The position numbers were made by a program, and so were the translations under genes. 64,000 nucleotides of DNA from assembly GCF_036365525.1 (NCBI RefSeq), contig NC_090379.1, forward strand, positions 12,047,659 through 12,111,658, read 5' to 3'. Positions 11,957 to 24,294 of this stretch are shown here, piece by piece. The first letter of the stretch is position 1. Each line of letters starts with the position of its first letter. The notes beneath the pieces were generated by a model, which saw only the letters and a list, made by a program, of their open reading frames with translations, was not told the origin of the DNA and searched no databases. The DNA comes from Heterodontus francisci. Taxonomy: Eukaryota.

Positions 11957-13931
11957 TTTCTGTTCTATATTACCCCCTACTGTACCTCCACTCTGTATCT
12001 CATCCCCCTGCCATATTAGTTTAAACCCCCTGCAACAGAACTAGCAAATCTCCCAGCAAGGATGCTTGTCCCATTCCGGTTCAGGTGCAACCCGTCCAAC
12101 TTGTACAGGTCCCACCTTTGCCAGAAACAGACCCAGTGATCCAGGAAACTAAAGCCCTCCCTCCTGCACCATCTCCTCAGCCCTGCATTCATCTGCTCTA
12201 TCCTCCTATTTCTAAACTCACTAGCATGTGGCACTGGGAGTAATCCATAGATTACAACCTTAGAGGTCCTGCTTCTTAATCTGCTACCTAGCTCCCTAAA
12301 TTCTTGTCGCAAGACCGCATCCTTTTTTCTACCTATGTCGTTGGTACCAATGTGTACCACGACCTCAGGCTGCTCATCCTCCCCCTTCAGAAGGTCCTGC
12401 AGCCGCTCCGTGACATCCTTGACCCTAGCACCAGGAAGGCAACATACCATCCTGGAGTCACATTTGCGGCCACAGAAACATCTATCTGTATCCCTTATGA
12501 TAGAATCCCCTATCGCTATAGCTCTTCCACTCCTTTTCTCCTCTGCTGTGCAGCAGAGCCATCCTTGGTGCACGGACCTGGCTGTTGCTGCTTTCCCCTG
12601 GGAGGTCATCCCCCCCCAAACAGTATCCAAAGCGGTATATCTGCTTGAGAGGGGGATGGCCACAGGAGACTCCTGTACTACCTGCCTGAGCCTACTACTC
12701 CGCCTGGTGGTTTTTTATTAATTCATGGGATGTGGGCGTCGCTGGCCAGGCCAGCATTTATTGCTCATCCCGAATTGCCCTTGAGGAGGTGGTGGTGAGC
12801 GGCCTTCTTGAACCGCTGCAGTCCATGTGGGGTAGGTACACCCACAGTGCTATTAGGAAGGGAGTTCCAGGATTTTGACCCAATGACAGTGAAGGAACGG
12901 TGATATAGTTCCAAGTCAGGATGGAGCACAGGTCTTCAGTACTATTGCCGGAATATCGTCGGGGCCCATAGCCTTTGCAGTATCCAGTGCCTTCAGTCAT
13001 TTCTTGATATCATGCGGAGTGAATTGAATTGGCTGAAGTCTGGCATCTGTGATGCTGGGGATTTCAGGAGGAGGCCGAGATGGATCATCAGCTCGGCACT
13101 TCTGGCTGAAGATTGTTGCAAATGCTTAAGCCTTATCTTTCGCACTGATGTGCTGGACTCCCCCATCATTGAGGATGGGGATATTTGTGGAGCCACCTCC
13201 TCCAGTTAGTTGTTTAATTGTCCACCACCATTCACGACTGGATGTGGCAGGACTGCTGAGCTTAGATCTGATTCGTTGGTTATGGGACGCTTAGCTTTAT
13301 TGCATGCTGCTTATGCAGTTTGGCACGCAGATAGTCCTGTGTTGTAGCTTCACCAGGTTGACACCTCATTTTGAGGTATGCCTGGTGCTGCTCCTGGCAT
13401 GCTTTCCTGCACTCTTCATTGAACCAGGGTTGGTCTCCTGGCTCGATGGTAATGGTAGAGTGGGGGATATGCCGGGCCATGAGGTACAGATTGTGGTTGA
13501 GTACAATTCTGCTGTTGCTGATGGCCCACAGTGCCTCATGGGTGCCCAGTTTTGCATTGCTAGATCTGTTCGAAAACTATCCCATTTTGCATGGTGGTAG
13601 TGCCACACAACACGAAGGAGGGTATCCTCAATGTGAAGGCGGGACCTCGTCTCCACAATGACTGTGCGGTGGTCACTCCTACCAATACTGTCATGGGCAG
13701 ATGCATCTGCAGCAAGCAGATTGGTGAGGGCGAGGTCAAGTATGTTTTTCCCTCTTGTTGGTTCCCTCACCACCTGCCACATACCCAGTCTAGCAGATAT
13801 GTCCTTTAGGACTCGGCTAGCTCGGTCGTTAGTGGTGCTACCGAGCCACTCTTGGTGATGGACATTGAAGTCCCCCACCCAGAGTACGTTCTGTGCCCTT
13901 GTCACCCTCAGTGCTTCCTCCAGGTGCTGTT

Positions 13932-14765
13932 CAAAGAACAGTACAGCACAGGAACAGGCCATTCGGCCCTCCAAGCCTGCGCCGATCATGATGCCTGTCT
14001 GAACGAAAACCTTCTGCACTTCCGGGGTCCGTATCCCTCTATTCCCATCCTATTCATGTATTTGTCAAGATGCCTCTTAAACGTCGCTATCATACCTGCT
14101 TCCACCACCTCCCCCGGCAGCACGTTCCAGGCACTCACCACCCTCTCTAAAAAAAAAAAAAACTTGCCTCGCACATCCCCTCTAAACTTTGCCCTTCGCA
14201 CCTTAAACCTATGTCCCCTAGTAACTGACTCTTCCACCCTGGGAAAAAGCTTCTGACCATCCACTCTGTCCATGCCACTCATAAATTTGTAAACCTCTAT
14301 CATGTCGCCCCTCCACCTCCGTCGTTCCAGTGAAAACAATCCAACCTCTCCTCATAGCTAATAGCCTCCAGACCAGGCAAAATCTTGGTAAACCTCTTCT
14401 GTACCCTCTCCAAAGCCTCCACGTCCTTCTGATAGTGTGGTGACCAGAATTGTACTCAATATTCTAAGTGTGGCCTAACTGAGGTTCTGTTCAGCTGCAG
14501 CATGACTTGCCAATTTTTATACTCTATGCCCCGACCGATGAAGGCAAGCATGCCATATGCCTTCTTGACTACCTTATCCATCTGTGTTGCCACTTTCAGT
14601 GATCTGTGGACCTGTAAGCCCAGATCTCTCTGCCTGTCAATACTCCTAAGGGTTCTGCCATTTACTGTATACTTCCCACCTGTATTAGACCTTCCAAAAT
14701 GCATTACCTCACATTTGTCCGGATTAAACTCCATTTGCCATTTCTCTGCCCAAGTCTCCGACCGA
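13932..14765 (-). mobile_element. 5'-truncated CR1 LINE nested in the family 2 LINE
   Basis: MEFNPDKCEVMHFG...RPHLEY and FSLERRRWRGDMIEVYK, with a CR1 tail. Confidence 0.9.
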
Positions 14766-14861
14766 TCTCAACATGGAGGAGTACTGACTCATCAGCTGAG
14801 GGAGGGCGGTAGGTGGTAATCAGCAGTAGGTTTCCTTGCCCATGTTTGACCTGATGCCATG

Positions 14862-16690
14862 AACAAAGAACAAAGATAATTACAGCACAGGAACAGGCCC
14901 TTCGGCCCTCCAAGCCTGCGCCGATCCAGATCCTCTCTCTAAACATGTCGCCTATTTTCTAAGGTTCTGTATCTCTTTTCTTCCTGCCCATTCATGTATC
15001 TGTCTAGATACATCTTAAAAGACTCCATCGTGCCCGCATCTACCACCTCCGCTGGCAATGCGTTCCAGGTGCCCACCACCCTCTGCGTAAAGAACTTTCC
15101 ACGCATATCCCCCCTAAACTTTTCCCCTTTCACTTTGAACTCGTGTCCTCTAGTAATTGAAACCCCCACTCTGGGAAAAAGCCTCTTGCTATCCACCCTG
15201 TCTATACCTCTCATGATTTTGTACACCTCAATCAGGTCCCCCCTCAACCTCCGTCTTTCTAATGAAAATAATCCTAATCTGCTCAACCTCTCTTCATAGC
15301 TAGCGCCCTCCATACCAGGCAACATCCTGGTGAACCTCCTCTGCACCCTCTCCAAAGCATCCACATCCTTTTGATAATGTGGCGACCAGAACTGTACGCA
15401 GTATTCCAAATGTGGCCGAACCAAAGTCCTATACAACTGTAACATGACCTGCCAACTCTTGTACTCAATGCCCCGTCCGATGAAGGAAAGCATGCCGTAT
15501 GCCTTCTTGACCACTCTATTTACCTGCGTTGCCACCTTCAGGGAACAGTGGACCTGAACACCCAAATCTCTCTGGACATCAATTTTCCCCAGGACTTTTC
15601 CATTTACTGTATAGTTCACTCTTGAATTGGATCTTCCAAAATGCATCACCTCGCATTTGCCCTGATTGAACTCCATCTGCTATTTCTCTGCCCAACTCTC
15701 CAATCTATCTATATTCTGCTGTATTCTCTGACAGTCCCCTTCACTATCTGCTACTCCACCAATCTTAGTGTCGTCTGCAAATTTGCTAATCAGTCCACCT
15801 ATACTTTCCTCCAAATCATTAATGTATATCACAAACAACAGTGGTCCCAGCACGGATCCCTGTGGAACACCACTGGTCACACGTCTCCATTTTGAGAAAC
15901 TCCCTTCTACTGCTACTCTCTGTCTCCTGTTGCCCAGCCAGTTCTTTATCCATCTAGCTAGTACACCTTGGACCCCAAGCGCCTTCACTTTCTCCATCAG
16001 CCTGCCATGGGGAACCTTATCAAACGCCTTACTGAAGTCCATGTATATGACATCGACAGCCCTTCCCTCATCAATCAACTTTGTCACTTCCTCAAAGAAT
16101 TCTATTAAGTTGGTAAGACATGACCTTCCCTGCACAAAACCATGTTGCCTATCACTGATGAGCCCATTTTCTTCCAAATGGGAATAGATCCTATCCCTCA
16201 GTATCTTCTCCAGCAGCTTCCCTACCACTGACGTCAGGCTCACCGGTCTATAATTACCTGGATTATCCCTGCTACCCTTCTTAAACAAGGGGACAACATT
16301 AGCAATTCTCCAGTCCTCCGGGACCTCACCCGTGTTTAAGGATGCTGCAAAGATATCTGTTAAGGCCCCAGCTATTTCCTCTCTCGCTTCCCTCAGTAAC
16401 CTGGGATAGAACCCATCCGGACCTGGGGACTTGTTCACCTTAATGCCCTTTAGAATACCCAACACTTCCTCCCTCCTTATGCCGACTTGACCTAGAGTAA
16501 TCAAACATCTGTTCCTAACCTCAACATCCGTCATGTCCCTCTCCTCGGTGAATACCGATGCAAAGTACTCGTTTAGAATCTCACCCATTTTCTCTGAGTC
16601 CAAGCATAACATTCCTCCTTTGTCCTTTAGTGGGCCAATCCTTTCTCTAGTTACCCTCTTTCTCCTTATATATGAATAAAAGGCTTTGGG
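14862..16690 (-). mobile_element. Young 5'-truncated CR1 LINE (family B) with an almost intact RT
   Basis: ORFs 16612-15680 and 15676-14939 are separated only by one stop codon. Contains GVPQGSVLGPLLF and FADDTK. Confidence 0.95.
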
Positions 16691-17781
16691 ACTTCATGGG
16701 GTCCATAGTTGATGTTGAGGACTCGCAGGGCAACTCCCTCCCTACTGTATACCACTGTGCCACCACCTCTGCTGGATCTGTCCTGCCGGTGGGACAGGAC
16801 ATATCCGGGGATGGTGATGGCAGAGTCTGGGATATTGTCTGTCAGGTATGATTCCGTGAGTATGACTATATCAGGCTGTTGTTTGAGTAGTCTGTGGGAC
16901 AGCTCTCCCAACTTTGGCACAAGCCCCCAGATGTTAGTAAGGAGGACTTTGCAAGGTTGACAGGGCTGGGTTTGCCGTTGTTGTTTCCGGTGCCTAGGTC
17001 GATGCCGGATGGTCCATCCGGTTTCATTCCTTTTTATTGACTTCGTAACGGTTAGATACAACTGAGTGGCTTGCTAGACCATTTCAGAAGGCAGCATGTA
17101 AGAGTCAACCACATTGCTGTGGGTCTGGAGTCACATGTAGACCAGACCAGGTAAGGACAGCAGATTTCCTTCCCTGAAGGACATTAGTGAACCAGATGGG
17201 TTTTTACAACAATCGACAATGGTTTCATGGCCATCATTAGACTAGCTTTTTTTAATTCCAGATTTATTAATTGAATTCAAATTCCACCTTCTGGGATTTG
17301 AACCCATGTCCCCTGAGCAATACCCTGGGTCTCTGGGTTACTAGTCCAGTGAGAATACTACTACGCCACCACCTCCCACATCCCTTTTCTGCCTGTGCTG
17401 CCATTACCTGCGTTGTGACCACCTCTTTAAATGTGCCATCCACGACGTTCTCAGCATCACAGATGCTCCACAGTGAATCCACCCGCAGCTCTAGCTCCGT
17501 AATGCGTGTAGTCAGTAGCTGCAGATGGATGCCTTTCTTGCACACATGATCATCAGGGACATTGGAAGCATCCCTGATTTCCCACATAGTGCAGGAAGAG
17601 CATACCACAGGGCTGAGCTCCCCTGCCATGACTTACCTTTAAATTAATTTAGTTACTCCCTTTAAAAAATACTAATTACACTAGGGGTCTTGTCTGCTCC
17701 AAACACTACCCAGTACAGTCTAAAGTCCTTAATAAATTACTCTAATTTAAGTAGTACTACTCACCTTATCAGTTTTTTAAT

Positions 17782-17983
17782 AGTTTTTAGGAGTGTCTGA
17801 AAAGAGGAGAGGTAGAGAGGCAGGGAGGTTTAGAAAGGGAATTCCAGAGCTTATGGTCTAGGCAGCTGAAGGCATGGCTGCCAGTGGTCGAGAGATTAAA
17901 ATTAGGTATGTGCAAGAGGCCAGGATTGGAAGAGCGCAGAGTTCTCAGAGGGTTGATTTGGCAACACACTCTTTAAGACCAAG
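17782..17983 (-). mobile_element. L2-like fragment, right half of the element split by the nest
   Basis: RTLRSS...AFSCLDHKLWNSL, continuing from 8640-8733. Confidence 0.7.
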
Positions 17984-18769
17984 TTAAAATAAAAGAGAGA
18001 ATAGAAAGGAAACGGGTTAAATACAAGTAACTGTGTAATTTAAAAAAAATCTTTTGTGAAATGTTTTGATTTGGGGTATTAGTTGTTAATCCATAGACAG
18101 TACTAAAGTTGTCCTGATGTTTGAGAAGAGTAATTACTCTAATACAGAATTGGTGTTTGTTTCAGTGATCTGAAAACACAAAAAAACGTGCTTAGCCAAA
18201 AAATGCTAGTGTCTCTGAGCCAACCAAGAGTCTGGCAGAGCTTTTATGCTAGACTAGTACAGATGATGTCAGGTGCACAGGTTTCACTCAGCCTCAACTC
18301 TGAGTGTAAACAATTCAAAGTTCAGTGAACTAAAGGCATTGGGACCCCCTCTTAAAAAGTAGCTTAGGACGTCCTGAGGTCATGCAAGGCATTATATAAA
18401 TTGTTTGTTCTTGCTAAATGAGAATGAAATGTAAAGTATGAGGTTGACGGAACCTCTTCAGTCTGGAATTAATGCTGTAGAGTTATACTTTGAATCAAAG
18501 AATTTTACAACACAGGACAAGGCCATTGAGCTCATCACACCTGCCCCACTCTCATAACTATTCACTTAGCCTCATTCCTTCACCCTTGAAAATTTTTCTT
18601 CTTCAAATATTTATTAATTTTCCATGTTGAAAGATGTTATGGATTCTACTTCATCACTGTTTCTGGTCCAGCATTCCACAACCCAACCACCCTCCATGTA
18701 AAAAATATATTTTTTTAAACTTCTCTCCTTCGCTGTTTTATAGGAACATACCTAGGAGGGAAGATCCCT

Positions 18770-18975
18770 CAACCTACATCACTTAAAAAAAACACAGATT
18801 ATCGGGTCATTATTACATTGCTGCTTGTGGGATCTTGCTGTGCTGTGCACAAATTGGCTGCCACGTTCCCTACATCTCATCATTGATTACACTTCAAAAA
18901 TGTACTTCATTGACTCAATCACTTTGGGATGTCCTGAGTTTGTGAAAAGTGCTGTATCAATGCAAATCTATCTTA
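18770..18975 (+). mobile_element. Deu-domain SINE (SacSINE1-like) 3' part
   Basis: GTGGGATCTTGCTGTG...AAATTGGCTGCC...tail is repeated at about 23170, 44810 and 57760, and inverted at 33715 and 50530. Confidence 0.6.
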
Positions 18976-19088
18976 CTGTGCAGCACTTAACATGTTAACT
19001 GTTCAGCTGATCACCTTTTCAGCATGGAGCAACAACACAGAATTATCACCTTTCACTATGTAGTAGTGAATTTTGAAATCTGTTGCAG

Positions 19089-19186
19089 TGATTCAGGGAG
19101 AGGGAGCAGCCTTTTGGACAGAGTCATAGCTGACAGGCGGAACCTTAATGCCATCTCTCTGCCCGACTTCAGTGATCCCGAGACAG
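19089..19186 (+). CDS. TTC7B: TTC7B internal coding exon (98 nt)
   Basis: ttgcAG acceptor and GTaaat donor. Encodes DSGRGSSLLDRVIADRRNLNAISLPDFSDPET-G, recognisable as vertebrate TTC7B. Ends in phase 1, matching the next exons. Confidence 0.93.
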
Positions 19187-21422
19187 GTAAATATTATCTT
19201 CTGTCATTCTTAATCATTATTGTCTTGTTTTGGATGAGTGACACGGGTGTGTTGCTAATTTAAGCATTCACTCCATTGTCCAATTCCCTCGCCTCTGCGT
19301 CTGTTATTGAGGGGTTCTGAGACGCTGCAACAAGAGGCAAACACCTTGCGTAGATGACCGGAGCCCAGAGTCAACATGGTGTGAGCTCCCACAGTGAGCA
19401 GTAAGATAGCATAATATGTACATAAAATGGACAAAGCCCAGCATTTCTTTCAAGTAGCGTGTACGCTGATCTTGATGTGTTTAAAATTGCCATTTTTAAA
19501 AACTCCTTTGGAGGCAGAGAAAATTTGATGCATTTACTTTGAGACACATATGCTTTCATATCACATAGAATTTATAGCACAGCTATTTGGTCCAACTAGT
19601 CCATGCCATTCTATATGCTCCACACAAATCTCCTCCCAGCCTACTTCATCTCACCAATCAACACATCCTTCTATACCTTTCTCCCCTCATGCTTATGTTG
19701 TTTGAACGCATGAATTCAGGTTCCAGTGACTCTGCCATAAGTTGGCTCCCAGCTATTAATTCCCTTTTCTGAAGGTTAAACTGAGTCTCATGAGTTGGGT
19801 GCTGTGTTATAGTGTGTGAATTTAACAGTCCAACTGGAAATTGAAAGGAACAATTTAAAAGTATGTTGAGTACAAAATAAACAAGAGTTTTGTTATGGCT
19901 CAGTATGTACATGTGGTGGAAGCAACCTCCAAGTTTGCCTTTTTGTTAACCTGTTTAAGTATCCCAGCAAAATGAACAGCTCCAATCCCAGCAACTGCTC
20001 CTTTATAGAATCATACAATGCAAAATGAGGCCATTCGGCCATTGTACCTGTGCTAGCTCTTTGAAGGAGTTATCCAATTAGGCCCAATTCCCTGCTCTTT
20101 CCTCATAGCTCAGCAGTTTTTTTCTTTTAAAATTTTATTCCAATTCCATTTTGAAAGTTACTATTGAATCAGCTTCCACTACACTTTTAAGGAGTGCATT
20201 CCAGATCATCATAACTCACTAGTAGCGTTCTGGTAAATCTTTGCACCCTTTACAAGTTGATATTATAGCTGATTGTTCTTTTCAGTTCTTTTCCCTGTCT
20301 GTTTTTATCCCCTGCGCTCCCCTAAAATCACTGACCGTAGCTAAGGTGCAGGCCCATGGTGCCTTGGGCACCCGCTGTTATATTGCCCAAGTGGCTATCT
20401 CCACGTCTGTGTCTAAACCGAGAGACGTTTTTGTGGGTGGGAGGTTGACCTTTGTAGTCCATCTTGTTCTTGATTTCCTTCAATGCCAGCATGCTTTCCA
20501 GAAGGGGGTCACTGGATAGTGCTTGGGAGGAGTGACTGTAATAGAAAATGGACACTGCTGCACCCATGCTATTGGCTCTAGGTAATTCACCTGGCCACAG
20601 TGCTGCCGAGATCACAATTCAGCACAGGGATCTGATCTGGGCCCTCCTGGAATGTGTGACACAGTTCCACGCTAGGCAATGAGCTACCAACTTAGACTGT
20701 TGAAAAGCTCTAGTTAACGAGTCTTAACCGACAACATATTGCCACTCTTTCCATACAGGGAGGCTGTGTGTATTAAAAGTTTAAATATCTTTTGTTGCTA
20801 TCATTGCACGATTCTTTAAGTGAGGAGTGCTGAACTTCAATGCTTGTGGCTGGTTAACTTTGCTTTCCTCCCATCTGACATTTTTCAAAGCTGCTTCCCG
20901 CCACTGTAAACCAGGCGCTGCATATCCTTGAAATTAAAAAGAAAGCGGAAACATGCTGGAAACAGGCCCAGCAGCATTCGAAGGTAGTGGGGTTTGGGAA
21001 TGGCATAACGTTTCAAGCCTGATGAATGGAAACATGAACCTGTAAAGGCAATCAGATTAAAGTCTAATGCACTGACAGCAGGCTAGGCATGCTGTAGGAG
21101 AAGCAAGGAGCCAAGCCAGCTGCAGGTGGATTCTTTTCCTATAACTCTTAGCAGTGGGCAGGAAAGGAAAAGAATTATGGGAAGCCTGGGAAAAACACAT
21201 ATTTTGCTGTTAACATGGACAACCATGCAGGATTCAATGTGAGAACTTTAATGTTTTTGTGAAAAGTAGAATGGATGTTGCCAGATCAATTCCTTTTATA
21301 ATCGTTCACACACTTGCAGAAATAGTGTTGCAAGAGACTGGACCTTGCATTTCGCAGCTGTGCATTAACTCATATATAAATGTAATGTATTTGAAACAGA
21401 AACAGATGAATATGATGAGCAT

Positions 21423-21834
21423 GGGAGATGGTGGCGTAGTGGTAATGTCACTGAACTAGTAATCCAGAGGCCTGGGGTAATGCCCTGGGGACACGGGTTC
21501 AAATCCCACCACGGCAGCTGGTGGAATTTAAATTCAATGAATTAATTTTTTAAAATCTGGAATTGAAAGCTAATCTCAGTAATGGTGCCATGAAACTATC
21601 AACAATTGTCGTAAAAACCCATCTGGTTCACTAGTGTCCTTTAGGGAAGGAAATCTGCCGTCCTTACCTGGCCTGGCCTACATGTGACTTCAGACCCACA
21701 GCAATGTAGTTGATTCTTAACTACCTTCTGAAATGGCCGAGCAAGCCACTCAGTTGTCAAGGGTAATTCGGGATGGGCAACAAATACTGGCCTTGCCAGC
21801 AATACCCACATCCCATGAAGGAATAAAAAAAAAA
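21423..21834 (+). mobile_element. Full-length tRNA-derived SINE sharing its head/body and tail with the family 2 LINE
   Basis: A box TGGCGTAGTGG at 21432-21442, B box GGTTCAAATCC at 21496-21506, LINE-type tail and poly-A. Confidence 0.9.
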
Positions 21835-22100
21835 CTCCAATTCTGGCATCTTGCCCATCCCCAATTTTCTTCACTGCACCATTAGTAGCCATGCCTTTAG
21901 CCGCCCAGGCCCTAAGCTCTGGAAAACCCACCCTAAATCTCTGCATTGTTCTCATCCTTTAAGTCACTCCTTTAAACCTACCTCTTTGACCAAATTTTTG
22001 GTCACTTGAGCTAATATCTAATATATGGCTGATGGTGCTCCTCTGAAGCGCCTTGGGACAACGTACTACATTAAAAGCATTACATCTAAGCAAGTTATTG
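21835..22100 (+). mobile_element. L2-like 3' fragment
   Basis: Similar to 3825-4095. Confidence 0.65.
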
Positions 22101-22299
22101 AAAATGCCAAGCAACTCTGGGCTGGATCATAATAATTACAACTTTTGTATCAGACCTAATGCTACCCTTTTCAAGTGAGAAGAAGTCAGTTCTCCCAATT
22201 ATAGTTTTTTTTTTAAACTCCCCCTCTCCCCATCAATGAATACATTTGTTTTTGACTAAAGAATTTCTCAAGCTGAAAGTATGCCATTGTATTTTTTTT

Positions 22300-22610
22300 T
22301 ATTTAGAGATACAGCACTGAAACAGGCCCTTCGGCCCACCGAGTCTGTGCCGACCAACAATCACCCATTTATACTAACCCTACAGTAATCCCATATTCCC
22401 TATCACCTCCCTACACTAGGGGCAATTTACAATGGCCAATTTACCTATCACCTGCAAGTCTTTGGATGTGGGAGGAAACCAGAGCACCCGGCGAAAACCC
22501 ACGCAGACACAGGGAGAACTTGCAAACTCCACACAGGCAGTAACCAGAATCGAACCCGGGTCCCTGAAGCTGTGAGGCTGCGGTGCTAACCACTGCGCCA
22601 CTGTGCCGCC
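22300..22610 (-). mobile_element. HE1-type V-SINE
   Basis: Reverse complement begins GGCGGCACAGTGGCGCAGTGGTTAGC, has the V domain GTGTGGAGTTTGCA and a CR1/HER1-like tail. Confidence 0.85.
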
Positions 22611-23364
22611 AAAATGTATTTAATAACCCAGCTGCCCAGTGCAATCAAAGGCTTGTACAATAGAATATATTGCCTACATAACAACAGTCATTGCACTTGA
22701 AAATAATCCATTGGATGTGAAGCATTTTGAAACAAGGTAAAATACTATCTGAATACAAGCGTTTCTTTCTTGGCTCCACCTCTCTACCACCTTCCTCAAA
22801 CCCTTAAGTGCCTCTGTGTTGTCAGACTGCTTGTCCAACATGGATGAGTAACAATTTCCTCCAAACCTGTTGCCTTCAGCTCTGATCACAAACTCTGCTG
22901 TCTTGCCAGTGAATCTAACCCCCGTCCTGTCCACTGCCACAAGCTCAGCTAGACCATTCGCAGCCTTGACAACCTTTTGGGCTGTGAACCAAGTTTGAGA
23001 CCACATATCCTCTCTGCCACAAATACCACTTACTTTAACCTCCGCAACATTGGCCATCTCCATCCAGCCATTGGTTAAATCATTATTTCTGCCTTTGTCA
23101 CTTTCAGAGTATAAACTACTCCAGTATTCTCCCACCCTCCAAAACTTCTGACTTCCTCATTTATCTCACTGCTGTTTGTGGGATCTTGCTGTGTGCAAAT
23201 AATCCCTACATCACAACAGTGACTGCACTAAACAGTATTTAAATGTAAATTGCATTGGGACATTTTGAGGTACTACATAGATGAAAATTCTTTATTTTCT
23301 TTCATTCATGTTTATCTGTATAATGTATAATGGTTAACTACTCTTCAAAAGTAATTCATGGGCT

Positions 23365-23705
23365 TTTTTTTCATTCATTCATTCGTGGGTTGTGGGCATC
23401 GCTGGCAAAGGAGGCATTTATTGCCCATCCCCATTTGCCCTTGAGAAGGTGGTGGTGAGCTGCCTTCTTGAACTGCTGCAGTCACTATGGTGTAGGAGCA
23501 CCCACAAGTACTGTTAGGGAGGGACTTACAGGCTTTTGACTCAGCAACAGTGAAAGAACGACGATATAGTTCCAAGTCAGGATGGTGTGACTTGGAGCGG
23601 AACTTGCAAGTGGTGATGTTCCGATGCGTTTGCTGTCCTTATCCTTCTAGCTATTTGAGGTTGCGAATTTGGAAGGTGCTAATGAAGGAGCCTTGGCGAG
23701 TTGTT
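23365..23705 (-). mobile_element. Family 2 LINE 3' fragment
   Basis: Matches the 3' end at 47200-47490. Confidence 0.8.
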
Positions 23706-24294
23706 TGAAGTGCTTTGGAGAGTGTTCAGTGCACAAAAGTGCCGCATAAGTGAAAATTCTTTCTTTGTTTTCTGCTGCTATGTCCTTCCAGCCGCTATTG
23801 CATATTTTCCGATTATTTGTCTTAATTGTCCCTGTACGTAAATCTCTGAGGGCCCAGCTATCCGAAAGAATCACTGCTTTAGTCACTGCCTTCCCATTTC
23901 AATACAGTCCAAGTAAACCCATCATGCTGCCAAGTTTTTAACAGTATTAATGATAAACTCAGTATTCTTTCAGATCTCTTGATGCATTGCCTGCTAAGTG
24001 GCCTTTACTGTCCTCCTCCTAAAATATCATTGTGAGCCTGAATCCTGTCCTGAATGTTGGGGCTTACTGACAGCTGTTTCCTCTAACAATTCTGCAGCTA
24101 AAATTCTCTGCAGTCTTTGAAAACAGAACTCTAACAAATTAAGGGAGAGAGAAATCTGATTCTTGGACAAGGTAGATAAAGAATGAAAATGGAAGGGAAA
24201 TAAAGAATTGAAGGGTTATGAAACAAAAAATAAGTATCTAAATCCAATTTCCATGCCCAACACAGACACACAAGCGCATACTCTCACTCTCACG

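Larger units (their letters stand above)
12711..17378 (-). mobile_element. Family 2 LINE with tRNA-like 5' head, internally deleted, containing two CR1 insertions
   Basis: A/B-box head at 17378-17290. EN start LLTNIWGL...DIVILTESYL, then VGDFNVHHQEWLGS and GRSDHRTV. Most of the RT is deleted near 12925. Poly-A tail at 12711. Confidence 0.85.
12016..17629 (-). pseudogene. CR1 ORF1 (zinc-finger/leucine-zipper plus SGNH/GDSL esterase), split by an insertion at 12711-17378
   Basis: N-terminus MAGELSPVVCSSCTMWE...RITELELRVDSL...AEKG resumes as TRRSSRLRQVVQESPVAIPLSSRY...IGDSIIR...VVHIGTND...DGLHLN. Confidence 0.88.
8741..17780 (-). mobile_element. Near full-length CR1 (HER1-like) LINE hosting nested insertions
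   Basis: In order: 5' UTR, ORF1 (17629 to 12016), ORF2 APE endonuclease (11956-11000), RT fragments (10754-9358), C-terminus (8979-8749) and tail. Confidence 0.92.

Noticed and set aside
9171-16187. Plus-strand ORFs over the LINEs (for example 9171, 9798, 14994, 15768)
   Set aside because: These are antisense shadows of CR1 ORF2 codon structure.
21423-21515. tRNA gene
   Set aside because: A and B boxes are present, but there is no clean cloverleaf and it continues into a multi-copy SINE body with poly-A.
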